Source: Minisyncoccota bacterium
Lineage (GTDB): Bacteria > Patescibacteriota > Minisyncoccia > Phycocordibacterales > JABMNX01
Reading direction: 5' to 3'
Length of the DNA stretch: 64,000 nt
Assembly: GCA_026195275.1 (NCBI GenBank)
Contig: JAPHQU010000001.1
Coordinates: forward strand, 12,318 to 76,317
The notes under the pieces are model-generated. The model saw only the letters and a program-made list of their open reading frames with translations. It was not told where the DNA came from and did not search any database. Positions 30,757 through 40,781 of the stretch are shown here, in pieces. Position 1 is the stretch's first letter, and every line of letters begins with the position of its first letter. A program made the position numbers and the translations under genes.

Positions 30757-32442
30757 TTATACAAACAACCGCGCAATGCGAAGCTCCTCGTAGGTGTACT
30801 CCCCTTTAAGCGCGCGGTGGACTGGAGCGAGCTTGGTGTCCTTTGCTTTCTCAAAGGCCGCTTTTATCTTCTTGAGGTCTTTTGCCTTCGGTTTGAAGCG
30901 CGCAAGGTCGATGTCCGCACCGAGCTTCTGGAGTTTTTCAAGATGTGAGACGATCGTGCTGAGCGTCATGCCGCGCGCCTTTGCGATATCCTTAAGAGAG
31001 AGACCCTCTTCGATAAGTAGCCGCGTCTGTTCGTGCGTGGGGACCTTTTCTCGTACACCCTCCCGTTTCATGTCTGCATTCCGTGCGGCGTTCTTTAGGA
31101 TTTCCTTTTCATCTACCGTGCCGCCCATACGCTCAACAAACTCTTTGTGCATCTCTGCAACCTCACCTGCTGAAAAACGCGAGATGACCCGCTCCCATTT
31201 CGCTGACTCGCGGCGCAGGTGAGAATCATACTCAAGCACCTCACGGTTGACTTCAAGCGCCTGGTCATTCAGCCCGCGTAGAGTAAGCCCCTTAAGGGTA
31301 CGCAAACGTGAGAGTGCAACGTACCCTTGGCCGGATACGAAACATTTTGAAAGGTCAATCTCAGCAGCGTCCAGACTCATCCCCTGACTCTTATGAATCG
31401 TGATCGCCCAGGCAAGCCGAAGCGGAAGCTGAGTCACCTGCGCGACGGTCTTCTCCCCCTCTTCGACACGCCACTCAGCCGGGAGCACGGTGATCTCGTC
31501 TCCATAAAACGTACGCACGACTGGGAAGCCGTCTTCAAAACCGGTGATCACGCCGAGTGTACCGTTCACGTAGCCCGCCTCAAAGTTGTTCTTCACAAAC
31601 ATCACCACCGCATCTTCCTTGAGTGAGAGTGTCTCAGGTGCGAGAAGTCCCTTCTTGAGGGACGCGACAACACTCGCTTTGCCCTTTGATTCCATATCGT
31701 ACTCGCGCTCTTCACCCGGCAGTTTCTTGAGCTCAGCGGCATTGAGCGCATCCACGTCCAGGTTGTGGGTGTAGAGCCGTGTCGGCCGCACCTTACCTTC
31801 AGGCTCACCTTCCTCCCCCATACACCCCTCAAGAAGTGAACATGACTCGTTTGATACGTCACCACTCCGCATCTCGTTTAAGATATTCAAAAGCGCGTCG
31901 TCACTCTGTCTGAACTGCTCGTCGAGGTAGCACACACGAATGTCTGCCGCACCCCAAGCATCAGACGCGTATGCAAACTCGATCATCCGACTCCCGCGCA
32001 CCACTGGTGGCAACTGAAAGAAGTCTCCCGAGAGAACAAGCTGCATACCGCCAAACGGTTGATCGACTTGCTTCATTGCACGTGCCAGCCGATCAAGCGA
32101 GTCGAAGATCGCGGGTGTGAGCATCGACACCTCATCGATGATGAGCACCTTCGTCTTGTCATAACGCTTAAAGAGGTACTCCTTCTGCACGAGCGCGTCG
32201 ATGTCCATGTCGGAAAGGAAATCTTTGATGCCAATACCGGACCATGAATGAATGGTCACCCCACCAAAGTGCGTTGCGGCAATGCCTGTCGAGGCAGTGA
32301 GCCCGACTGCAACTCCGCGGTCTTTCAAAAAGGAGATGTACTCGCGGAGCACATGCGTCTTACCTGAGCCGGCCGGCCCAGTGAGGTAGGCATTGCGTCC
32401 CGCCTTCAAGATATCAAGTGCTTGCGCTTGCTTCATGAACAC
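30757..32442 (-). CDS. Pif1/RecD-family (SF1B) DNA helicase with C-terminal helix-turn-helix domain
   Basis: Walker A LTGPAGSGKTHVL. Walker B LIIDEVSM. QFRQ motif. TIHKSQGMSLD and VALSRL motifs typical of Pif1/RecD/TraA helicases. C-terminal LSLKDIAKARGMTLSTIVSHLEKL HTH. Confidence 0.8.
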   Translation of the reverse strand: MFMKQAQALDILKAGRNAYLTGPAGSGKTHVLREYISFLKDRGVAVGLTASTGIAATHFGGVTIHSWSGIGIKDFLSDMDIDALVQKEYLFKRYDKTKVLIIDEVSMLTPAIFDSLDRLARAMKQVDQPFGGMQLVLSGDFFQLPPVVRGSRMIEFAYASDAWGAADIRVCYLDEQFRQSDDALLNILNEMRSGDVSNESCSLLEGCMGEEGEPEGKVRPTRLYTHNLDVDALNAAELKKLPGEEREYDMESKGKASVVASLKKGLLAPETLSLKEDAVVMFVKNNFEAGYVNGTLGVITGFEDGFPVVRTFYGDEITVLPAEWRVEEGEKTVAQVTQLPLRLAWAITIHKSQGMSLDAAEIDLSKCFVSGQGYVALSRLRTLKGLTLRGLNDQALEVNREVLEYDSHLRRESAKWERVISRFSAGEVAEMHKEFVERMGGTVDEKEILKNAARNADMKREGVREKVPTHEQTRLLIEEGLSLKDIAKARGMTLSTIVSHLEKLQKLGADIDLARFKPKAKDLKKIKAAFEKAKDTKLAPVHRALKGEYTYEELRIARLFV

Positions 32443-32457
32443 ATTTTATCACACATA

Positions 32458-32490
32458 CAAAAACCGCCTGCTCGTGCAGGCGGTTTTTGT
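32458..32490. terminator. Bidirectional intrinsic terminator aaaaaccgcctgc-tcgtg-caggcggttttt
   Basis: Perfect 9-bp GC stem with A/T runs on both sides, 6 nt after the small ORF stop. Confidence 0.7.
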
Positions 32491-32495
32491 ACGTA

Positions 32496-32684
32496 TTACG
32501 AATTCACTGTCGTGCGTTTGCGGTATGCGTGCACCACTTTGCGCTGTTCCTCATTTGCTTCTCTTAACACCTGAGTAATGACCTTTTTCTTATCACCAGC
32601 AGATCTTGAGAAAAACTCTGAAAAATCGTTCTCTCTCGCCTCTGACTGTCCGAAGGAAGAGAAAAACCTAATGAATTTCGTCAT
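32496..32684 (-). CDS. Small hypothetical protein (62 aa) translationally coupled to the zeta-toxin-like gene
   Basis: ATGA start/stop overlap with the upstream gene, followed immediately by a terminator. MTKFIRFFSSFGQSEARENDFSEFFSRSAGDKKKVITQVLREANEEQRKVVHAYRKRTTVNS. Confidence 0.4.
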   Translation of the reverse strand: MTKFIRFFSSFGQSEARENDFSEFFSRSAGDKKKVITQVLREANEEQRKVVHAYRKRTTVNS

Positions 32685-33394
32685 ATAAGTAACGTGTTTA
32701 AATCATCTACAGAATACCTCCCATCAGCCAAACGGTCAATATCCGCTACAGACCCGTTCAGTTTAAGCTTCTCGGTACCTGTTTCGTAGTCCTTGATGAG
32801 CACATTAATCTTAATAGCATCTCCAAGCTTCCTTTTCACCGATTTTACATTTTCCCGAGAATCAAAGAACGCTCTCACAAACACGTCTTTGGATACGTGT
32901 CGCGCCTCCTCCAGTTCTCTCGCCTTAGTGAACTCCCATGCATGACGCGGATCTTGATATACAAACCACACCTCCACCCGGCGTCCTCTTTTTAATGAAC
33001 GCCTGATGTTATCCTCCACACCACCATACGCAAAGGTCCCGTCCATGATGCAGTTGATATCATTGCTCAGCGCATGATCATACAGAAAGTTGACACCTTT
33101 GTTTGCCGCTCTCTGAAATACGTGAGCGTTGTCTCCTGTATACCCGGGGCAAAATGCGCGTATTTCATCTGCGTCGATACGCACCGGGGCGTCCTTAATA
33201 AACCTCTTCATCAGCCCTTTTGACACTTCTGTCTTCCCTGCGCCAGGGGACCCGGCCATGAACAATGAAACTGGTTTACTCACAGAATGACACACTTCGG
33301 TCGGACAGAACCTCTCGATGAGTTCTTTCTTGTGGGTTTTGATATATTCAAGCGCTTCGTCTTCCAGCTTCTTCTCTTCTTCAGTCATGCTCAC
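32681..33394 (-). CDS. Zeta-toxin family P-loop kinase
   Basis: Walker A MAGSPGAGKTEV. RIDADEIRAFCPGY matches the zeta/PezT xIDxDxFR..HP phosphotransfer motif. Length 237 aa. Confidence 0.7.
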   Translation of the reverse strand: MSMTEEEKKLEDEALEYIKTHKKELIERFCPTEVCHSVSKPVSLFMAGSPGAGKTEVSKGLMKRFIKDAPVRIDADEIRAFCPGYTGDNAHVFQRAANKGVNFLYDHALSNDINCIMDGTFAYGGVEDNIRRSLKRGRRVEVWFVYQDPRHAWEFTKARELEEARHVSKDVFVRAFFDSRENVKSVKRKLGDAIKINVLIKDYETGTEKLKLNGSVADIDRLADGRYSVDDLNTLLI

Positions 33395-33435
33395 AGTGTA
33401 TCATGCATACTACACTCCATTTTCTAAACTCTATT

Positions 33436-33476
33436 AAAAACAACAAACACCGCTTGCGCGGTGTTTGTTGTTTGCC
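33436..33476. terminator. Hairpin aacaacaaacaccgc-ttgc-gcggtgtttgttgtt
   Basis: Perfect 15-bp inverted repeat in the typA to zeta intergenic region. Confidence 0.5.
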
Positions 33477-33654
33477 CAAAGCGTCTATTCAGTCCTGTTA
33501 CATACTGCGCGGTATCACTCCGAGGAGATCAACCGTAGGCGCTAAGGTATGTAAGATAGTACTCTTCCAAAGAAATATGTGCAAACTCGATTTGTGCACA
33601 AACCTGTGGATACGCTGTGTATAAAAAATCGCTGTAAAGTGGCTCAGCAGAGGC

Positions 33655-33689
33655 AAAATAAACGCCAGGCACGGCCTGGCGTTTATTTT
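33655..33689. terminator. Hairpin aaaataaacgccaggc-acgg-cctggcgtttatttt (typA terminator)
   Basis: Perfect inverted repeat with A/T flanks directly after the typA stop. The stem sequence is related to the hairpins at 30325 and 40782. Confidence 0.6.
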
Positions 33690-35478
33690 ACCCGCGTTTA
33701 CTGTGCTTTACGCGCTCGCCTTCCTTGAGGTACTTCTTGCGTAAGCGCACCGAGAGTGGCGTCACCTCGAGGTACTCGTCCTCGGTCATAATCTCAAGCC
33801 CGCTCTCGATCGAGAGCGCCTGGTGCGGGATGAGGGTGATCGCCTCTTCAGACCCGGACGCGCGAATGTTGGTGAGCTGCTTGCCCTTGGTTGGGTTGAC
33901 CACCATCTCGTCGCCCTTTGAAGTGTTCCCGATCACCATACCTTCATATACCTCCGTTGCGTGCCCGATGTAGAGTACGCCGCGCTCCTGCAAATTCCAG
34001 AGCGCGAAGGCAACCGCTTTGCCGGTGACCATTGAGGTCATCGAGCCGACGAAACGCTTCTTGATCTCACCGGCGTATGGCCGGAACCCGAGCACCTGCG
34101 AGCAGAGGATACCCTCGCCCTTGGTATCAATAGTGAACTGTCCGCGATAGCCAAGGAGCCCGCGTGTCGGTCCTTCGAAGATGAGACGCACCTGATTCTC
34201 GTGTGTGATCATGTTCTGCATCACGAACGCGCGGTTTGAGAGTCGCTCAATGACCGCCCCCTGAAACTCCTGCGGAATATCGATCGTGACCTCCTCGAAC
34301 GGCTCGTGCTTTACGCCGTCAATCTCACGAATGATTGCCTGCGGCTGTGAGACCATGACCTCGAATCCTTCGCGGCGCATATTCTCAAGCAAGATGGCAA
34401 TGTGCATCTCGCCGCGGCCGTATACATTGAAAATACTTCCCTCGGAGAAATCCACCTGGAGCCCCACGTTGATCTCGAGCTCTTTTTCCAGGCGTGCCTT
34501 GATCTCGCGGCTGGTGACCTGCTTGCCTTCGCGACCCACAAACGGCGATGAGTTCGGGAGGAACTGCAGCCCGATTGTCGGCTCATCAACCGCAATCATC
34601 GGGAGCGGCTCAGCACCTTCGCTATCAGTGAGGGTCTCGCCGATGTTAATATCCGCAAAACCAGCGATGAGCACAATATCCCCGGCAAGCGCTTCTTTCG
34701 ATTCAATCCGCTCAAGTCCTTTAAAAGTAGAGAGCTTGGTGACCTTTCCTTTGCGCGTGTTTCCCTTAGCGTCCTTTATGAAAAGCTGCGCACCGTCAGT
34801 GATCTTTCCTTCATAAATTCGCGCAACGGCAAGTCGGCCAGTGTAATCGTCGTACCCAAGGTTAAAGACCTGCGCGCGAAGCGCATCGCCTTCGTTGTAT
34901 GGTTTTGCCGCAGGGACCGTCTCAAGTATCGTATCGAGGACCGGCGCAAGGTCTTTAGCCTCGTCTTCCATCTTCCGCTTCGCGACGCCATCGCGCCCAA
35001 TGGCGTAGACCACCTCGAAGTCGCACTGCTCGTCGCTCGCCCCGAGCTCCATAAAGAGCTCAAGCACCTGCTCCTCGCAGTGCGCCGGGTCGGCTGCCGG
35101 TTTGTCGATCTTGTTGATGATCACAATCGGCTTGAGGCCAAGCTCAAGTGACTTCTTCAAGACAAAACGCGTCTGTGGCATCGGGCCTTCTTGTGCATCG
35201 ACCACCAAGAGCACCGAGTCGATCGAGCGCAAGACGCGCTCTACCTCCGAGCCAAAGTCGGCGTGTCCTGGCGTGTCGATGATGTTGATCTTCGTACCTT
35301 TGTACTCAACAGACGTGTTTTTGGCGTAAATGGTGATACCACGCTCCTGCTCGAGTGCGTTTGAGTCCATTGACGCACCCTCTTCTCGGGCACCGGTAAA
35401 TTCCATCAACCCGTCAGTAAGAGTTGTTTTCCCGTGGTCAACATGGGCAATTATGGCAATGTTTCGTATTTCGTTCAT
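33688..35478 (-). CDS. typA: Translational GTPase TypA/BipA
   Basis: MNEIRNIAIIAHVDHGKTTLTDGLM. G-domain motifs DTPGHADF and NKIDK. About 600 aa with the BipA C-terminal domain. Likely start at 35478. Confidence 0.9.
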   Translation of the reverse strand: MNEIRNIAIIAHVDHGKTTLTDGLMEFTGAREEGASMDSNALEQERGITIYAKNTSVEYKGTKINIIDTPGHADFGSEVERVLRSIDSVLLVVDAQEGPMPQTRFVLKKSLELGLKPIVIINKIDKPAADPAHCEEQVLELFMELGASDEQCDFEVVYAIGRDGVAKRKMEDEAKDLAPVLDTILETVPAAKPYNEGDALRAQVFNLGYDDYTGRLAVARIYEGKITDGAQLFIKDAKGNTRKGKVTKLSTFKGLERIESKEALAGDIVLIAGFADINIGETLTDSEGAEPLPMIAVDEPTIGLQFLPNSSPFVGREGKQVTSREIKARLEKELEINVGLQVDFSEGSIFNVYGRGEMHIAILLENMRREGFEVMVSQPQAIIREIDGVKHEPFEEVTIDIPQEFQGAVIERLSNRAFVMQNMITHENQVRLIFEGPTRGLLGYRGQFTIDTKGEGILCSQVLGFRPYAGEIKKRFVGSMTSMVTGKAVAFALWNLQERGVLYIGHATEVYEGMVIGNTSKGDEMVVNPTKGKQLTNIRASGSEEAITLIPHQALSIESGLEIMTEDEYLEVTPLSVRLRKKYLKEGERVKHSKRG

Positions 35479-35626
35479 TGTGTCTGTATTCAAAAAAAGA
35501 AGCCCGGCCATCCCGAGCAATGAGAAGATTATGCATTAAATTCAGCAGAAAAGCAATGTTCCCACCCGTAATTCTACTATATAAAACTCCCAAGTTTAGG
35601 ATAATAAATATTTCAGGTGTGCGACT

Positions 35627-37099
35627 CTACTCTGCTCTTCCTTGAGTGATGTTGAGTGCTGGTCTATACAAGAATGGGATCCAAAATGTAGGTGTATCTT
35701 TATTTCCTCTTTTCTCAAAAAAACCCACGTTTGTTAGTTTTATTGCAATCTTTTCTGTTTCATCATCATCTACGCTCCATATCTTCTTTAAAGTAGCTAG
35801 GGTATGCTCCGCTTTCTCGCCTTCAAGTTTTTCTATGTAAGGTTTTGATTTTGGAAATTCAGCATATAGAGTCTGATGAAGTCTGGTTCGAGAGACTTGA
35901 GGCAATGCTTCTTTCACTGAAGTCCTACTAAATAATGGTTCTTTATCCTCACTAGCTTGCCCCATTTCGAAACTCCTTGTTTCTTCCTCTCTGATTTGAT
36001 TAAGCAACTGAATAAGCTCCCTGGGGGCTACAGTATCTGTCCCATCGGTGCATCTCGTTACCATCCACTTGAAAGTTTCAGGTTTTTTGGGTCCCAGGTC
36101 CACTTGTTTGGGGAAGATTCTATAAAATAACTCTTGTTGCTTTGTATAATCAGACAATACATCATTTGGATTAACCCCAAAATATTCACTAATCTGAGGA
36201 TTGATGAGTATTCGACGCATTATCAAATTCAATAACTTTGCTTCACTCCAGTCAATGGTCACGTGTCGTGTAATATGGCTTGCTTCTCTGAAGCCTTGTT
36301 CAGTAATCCTTTTCCATATATCGGTGCGAAGAAAGATTTTAAGTTTTATGCTTTCTGCACTGAGTAAACTTAGGTAACAATGAAACAATGCTCGAAGCGC
36401 ATTTTCTTCAAGATTATGGTTCTCCTTAAACGCGACATCTAATCTGTCAATTGCAATCCAGACTATAAGATTTTCCATCCTTAATGCCTGATTGGCGTAA
36501 GTGATGAGTTGGTCGATAGATATATTAACCTTTGAATCGTCCGTAGGATCACCTTCAAGAGATGCTTTGCCAACACATGAGACCATTCCCGTATTAGGGT
36601 CAAATGTTAACATTCCTTCTAGCGATTGAAGTTTTCGTTTATTGATAAAGTCTAGAATTCTCGAAATCAAAGTCTTCTTATCTTGCTCTAAAAAGCCGGC
36701 CCTCCTCAACACTGCTGTAAGTTCATTCGCAGGGTTATTCTTAACTTTTGCTTCTTGTAAGAAAAGACCAACCAAAGAAACGAAGTAAAGTTTCCAGAGT
36801 GACTGGAAATCTACCTCACTTGTAGGTGGTTTTATCTCAATATTTTGAAATGCCGTGTCTCCTCGTGGATTTTCAGCGGATATAATAGAGGCCTCTTCTA
36901 TCTTGTCGTTCTTTTCAAGCAACAGAGTGTAAAGAGCGCTCTTTCCTGAACCTTTATGGCCGTAGACAATATCAATCTCTCCTGCAATAACTCGATTCCA
37001 CTGATCTGTTTCCACAAAATATTTTGAGAGGTCGCTGCTCTCGCTTTCGGCTACCCCTTCACCAAATCTTAATGACTTAACTAGTTCGCTTCTTTCCAT
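35627..37099 (-). CDS. P-loop NTPase of unknown function, encoded directly downstream of the R-M pair
   Basis: Walker A IVYGHKGSGKSALYTLL. Candidate Walker B LIVWIAIDRLD. 490 aa, no TM, no nuclease motif recognised. AT-rich codon usage like the neighbouring R-M genes. Confidence 0.6.
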   Translation of the reverse strand: MERSELVKSLRFGEGVAESESSDLSKYFVETDQWNRVIAGEIDIVYGHKGSGKSALYTLLLEKNDKIEEASIISAENPRGDTAFQNIEIKPPTSEVDFQSLWKLYFVSLVGLFLQEAKVKNNPANELTAVLRRAGFLEQDKKTLISRILDFINKRKLQSLEGMLTFDPNTGMVSCVGKASLEGDPTDDSKVNISIDQLITYANQALRMENLIVWIAIDRLDVAFKENHNLEENALRALFHCYLSLLSAESIKLKIFLRTDIWKRITEQGFREASHITRHVTIDWSEAKLLNLIMRRILINPQISEYFGVNPNDVLSDYTKQQELFYRIFPKQVDLGPKKPETFKWMVTRCTDGTDTVAPRELIQLLNQIREEETRSFEMGQASEDKEPLFSRTSVKEALPQVSRTRLHQTLYAEFPKSKPYIEKLEGEKAEHTLATLKKIWSVDDDETEKIAIKLTNVGFFEKRGNKDTPTFWIPFLYRPALNITQGRAE

Positions 37100-37256
37100 T
37101 TCTACATAATATACTTAATTTCATGGATTAACCACCTGTATTATTGGTATCCTTTCTAGAAAATCTGTAGTTTTATTACCTCTTAAATCCCCTTCTTCAT
37201 GTTTCTCTGGATCTGTTCCACCCCACACTCCCAAAATACATAAACCTTCCAGTCGG

Positions 37257-38576
37257 CTATGCTTCGTACTCGTCGACATACTTGATGAGGTTCTTCCCTA
37301 TCTTGGCGATAATACCCGTCACCAAAGCATTACCGATGAAGAATGCTCGTGTGTTGTCAGACACAGGGCCATTCACTCCCTCTGCGGTGTGATTATCTGG
37401 GAACATGCTCAGCCGCTCTAACTCGACCGGAGTGAGCCTCCTCATCTTCCCACTTTGAGGAGATTGTACCACATGCTTGAAACGTGAAGGTCCACTACCG
37501 CCCTCGCCCGTAACAACTGTCCGAGACGGTTTGTCCAATGAGTCGGGAAATGACATGCCACCTTCCGAGAAAACATACGATTCACCGGTGTGTTTATTAA
37601 CACGCTCTATCTTCTTTGCGCCTTTCTGCTTCTTCCATTTCTTTATGACCTCTTTGTCGTCTATGAAATATTCCTCACCAACCTCCTTGTCGGCAAGCAG
37701 CACATCCCCAAGAACCACGGTCGTCTTTGCTGGTTTGGGTGTGACCTTTGCAGTATATACATCACCGTTTATCATCACACCCGCATTATGAAAAGGTGAC
37801 ACCTTCAAACCGCGCCCAAAATGATCTGATATCTGTTTCTCGTCTTCGTGTAGGAGTATCTCGTTGAGCTCATGTTCTTGAACACGCTTGATTGGGAATG
37901 CTTTACCAAAGACGCCCTCATGCAACCACCTAAGATGCCCCTTTGAACGCATTTGTTTTGCTATACCACTATTGTTCTTGTAGGCAAGGATGAATATCCT
38001 TCTTCGGCGCTGCGGGAAACCATGGTCAGCCGCATTGATAACACGCCACTCAACGTCATACCCAAGAGTCTCAAGGGAGCGAAGCATAACAGCAAAGTCG
38101 CGACCCCGCTGTGTCCCCGGTGACTTCAGCAAACGGTCGACATTCTCGAGGAGTAGTATCTTTGGGGCTTTGCGACCGCGCTTCTCCTGTAACTGCTGCA
38201 CAAGCGACACAATCGACCACCACAAGACCCCTTTCTTCCCAATAATGCCGGCCGACTGTCGAAGTGGCTTTGCTACAGAATAGTCTTGGCATGGGAAACC
38301 ACCAACAAGAATGTCGTGATCAGGAACCGAATCTATATGATACTTCACAACCTCTTCGATGTTGGTGTTGGTATGCAAAAGGTTCTCCACGCCCCAATTC
38401 TTTGAATACACATCATGAGCGTGCTGTTGTTTCTTGCCGGGCTCCCACTGATTGAACCAAACTGTCTCAAAGCGATTCCGTGACGCCTTCTCAAAGCCGA
38501 CACGAAATCCACCAACTCCCGCAAAGAGTTCTGCCACGCGCAATTTATTGTCGGACATTCCAGGCTTTTTCTTCAT
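37257..38576 (-). CDS. DNA (cytosine-5)-methyltransferase
   Basis: Motif I ELFAGVGGFRVGF (FxGxGG). Motif IV GGFPCQDYS (PCQ). Motif VI ENV (LLENVDRLL). C-terminal GNAL (motif X). Confidence 0.9.
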   Translation of the reverse strand: MKKKPGMSDNKLRVAELFAGVGGFRVGFEKASRNRFETVWFNQWEPGKKQQHAHDVYSKNWGVENLLHTNTNIEEVVKYHIDSVPDHDILVGGFPCQDYSVAKPLRQSAGIIGKKGVLWWSIVSLVQQLQEKRGRKAPKILLLENVDRLLKSPGTQRGRDFAVMLRSLETLGYDVEWRVINAADHGFPQRRRRIFILAYKNNSGIAKQMRSKGHLRWLHEGVFGKAFPIKRVQEHELNEILLHEDEKQISDHFGRGLKVSPFHNAGVMINGDVYTAKVTPKPAKTTVVLGDVLLADKEVGEEYFIDDKEVIKKWKKQKGAKKIERVNKHTGESYVFSEGGMSFPDSLDKPSRTVVTGEGGSGPSRFKHVVQSPQSGKMRRLTPVELERLSMFPDNHTAEGVNGPVSDNTRAFFIGNALVTGIIAKIGKNLIKYVDEYEA

Positions 38577-38606
38577 GCCCCTATTCTACCAAGCAGAGAA
38601 AAAAGA

Positions 38607-40133
38607 TCAATCTTGATCTTTGTCGTTTTCTATTGCATGCTGAATATATTTGGCATTGAGCCAGAATCCTTGTTTTGTAAAGGTTTTCCAGCCAGTGAGC
38701 TGGTCAGGGACCGGTAGCTCATTTGTTATACCCCTGTTTGTGGTGTGAGGGCGCACGTGCGCTACACCATTGAAGGTGCTACCTGGAAAATGATTATATA
38801 TTCTCCCGTCGGCTTTTTGGGGGACTTTCTTTATTATTTTCCCTTCATTCAGCAACTCAATAGTCTTCTCCCAAGTCTCCCGCGCCTTACCCATGTCTTC
38901 CGCAGGGAAATTCCAGAACATTGTCTTTTGCAAGATAATCTCATCAGATTCTTCTTGTTTCTGGAAAACAACAAAGAGGAACTTTTTCTCTTCAAGTTGT
39001 GCATGAAAATCACTCATTTGCTCTGCTTCTTCGTCATACCACACTTGTGTAACGAGGTCTTTGAAATTAAATGCCGGGAAAGAAACAGACTCTTTTAGGG
39101 AGCCGTCCGGTTCTAGCGCCAACACCTTCAGCGTCACATCTGCTTTCTCAAGCTCCTCTACCTTGTTTGACCCTGTGCCCGTAAGGATATGGTTAGCTAT
39201 GAGTCGTTTGTAATTCTTTGGTTTCACTTTTGGCTTCCATTTAAGCATCTTGAGAATCTCGGTATCAGTCTTTCCGATGAATTTCCTAAATCTATCTTCG
39301 ACAACCTGGTCGATAGTTTTCGTCTTTGGTGCTCCTTTATATATAGAAACCTCGTCTGGAGAGACCCCGAGCAGCTTCGTCTGTATAAGATAATTCAGGT
39401 ACGCCTGCTTCAAAGAAAACGCGCGTGGCTTTGCTGGAATGCGCGATTTTGGCTGGTCGCGAACCACACGGCTGTGCGCCGCTTTTGTACACGCACCAAG
39501 ATAGAATGTATCGCCTTCAGATAGCTCGTGCGCCTTACCGTCCCGAATCTTGTCGACAATGCACTCCCAGTCCTTCTTGATTTGCACAACATCCTCTTGA
39601 GAAAGCCCTTCGAGTAGATCGAGAAAATGTACGAACTTGAATTTATAATCCAAAAGACTTGCTTCTTTCAGCCAAAGATAAAAGATGAGCAGGAGGAAGC
39701 GGTTCTTCTTGAGAAAAGAGCTGGTCTCCCACTTTTCGCTAATCACTGTGTCGTAATTAATCATAGAGAAGACGAGACGCTCCTTCGAAACAAACCGCTT
39801 CTTGTTGTGCTTCTTTAGCGGGGTTGCTTTAAGCTCAACATTTGCAACTTTGAAGTCCGCCTCCGCTCTACCATTATTCTCTAGGTCAAACACATATTGC
39901 TCAACAAGGTCACCAAAAAAACCCTTTCGGCGGGTTCCGTATTTCCCGAGCTGTTTCTCAATATCATCTGCTTCCTCTTTCGACACAATATCTCGAAGAG
40001 TCTTCCCTAGGACTGCTTCTGCTGCTGTTATGACATCTTCTGCTGTCTGATACTGTGTGTCTTGCATACTTAGATTTATACACCAATCATAGGACACTCG
40101 TCCAACCACCTCTTGAGACGATGACGTGGTCAA
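38607..40133 (-). CDS. Sau3AI/MutH-family type II restriction endonuclease (predicted GATC-type)
   Basis: 508 aa, size like R.Sau3AI. N-terminal MutH-like catalytic motif GRAEADFKVANVELKATP (D...E-x-K), which parallels the MutH D70...E77-L-K79 block and resembles the MutH/Sau3AI PDFxxLGVELKTIP block as recalled from memory. Adjacent and co-oriented with an m5C MTase, as in the Sau3AI system. The start may be the internal Met at 40067. Confidence 0.6.
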   Translation of the reverse strand: MTTSSSQEVVGRVSYDWCINLSMQDTQYQTAEDVITAAEAVLGKTLRDIVSKEEADDIEKQLGKYGTRRKGFFGDLVEQYVFDLENNGRAEADFKVANVELKATPLKKHNKKRFVSKERLVFSMINYDTVISEKWETSSFLKKNRFLLLIFYLWLKEASLLDYKFKFVHFLDLLEGLSQEDVVQIKKDWECIVDKIRDGKAHELSEGDTFYLGACTKAAHSRVVRDQPKSRIPAKPRAFSLKQAYLNYLIQTKLLGVSPDEVSIYKGAPKTKTIDQVVEDRFRKFIGKTDTEILKMLKWKPKVKPKNYKRLIANHILTGTGSNKVEELEKADVTLKVLALEPDGSLKESVSFPAFNFKDLVTQVWYDEEAEQMSDFHAQLEEKKFLFVVFQKQEESDEIILQKTMFWNFPAEDMGKARETWEKTIELLNEGKIIKKVPQKADGRIYNHFPGSTFNGVAHVRPHTTNRGITNELPVPDQLTGWKTFTKQGFWLNAKYIQHAIENDKDQD

Positions 40134-40731
40134 TAAGGTCTATGCCAAGCAGCTTACTCGCGTGCTGAAGTTGTTTTGTAATCTCAACATCCTCATGCGA
40201 ACACTCACTGTCCCCCGACGGGTGGTTGTGAGCGACAATAATTGAGGCGGCTGAGTGACGGAGGGCGGGTTCAAAGACCTCGCGCGGGTGAACTAGGCTG
40301 GCGTCAAGTGTCCCGATTGAGATGATTTCACGTGCAATGAGCGCGCCGCGTGAGTTGCAATAGAACGCCACAAAATGCTCTTTACGAGAGTTGCGAAAGT
40401 CTGCGCAGAGCTCAAAGACCTTTTCGGGAGTCATAACAACTTCATCTTTGGCCGCATGCTGCCTGCGACCATACTCAAGAGCAGCGAGCACTTGTCCTGC
40501 TTTGACCATACCAAGACCTTTGATTGAAGTGAGGTCTTTAATAGTGAGACTCTCAAGACCAACTTCCTCCACCTTATTCACAATCTTCTTTGCAAGCTGC
40601 ACAACATTTGTGCCTTGCGTGCCCGAACCAAGCACAATAGCGAGCAGTTCGTGATTGGTTAATTTACCAACCCCATAGCGTGCAAGCTTCTCACGTGGTC
40701 GCGCGTACTTGGGCGCATCTTTCATCTTCAT
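40087..40731 (-). CDS. radC: RadC-like JAB/MPN domain protein
   Basis: N-terminal HhH region (GVGKLTNHELLAIVLGSG). C-terminal JAMM motif HNHPSGDSECSHEDVEITKQL. Confidence 0.85.
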   Translation of the reverse strand: MKMKDAPKYARPREKLARYGVGKLTNHELLAIVLGSGTQGTNVVQLAKKIVNKVEEVGLESLTIKDLTSIKGLGMVKAGQVLAALEYGRRQHAAKDEVVMTPEKVFELCADFRNSRKEHFVAFYCNSRGALIAREIISIGTLDASLVHPREVFEPALRHSAASIIVAHNHPSGDSECSHEDVEITKQLQHASKLLGIDLIDHVIVSRGGWTSVL

Positions 40732-40781
40732 ACTCTAAATAATATCAGATAACCTGCTAAAACATTGTCACCTATTGGGAA

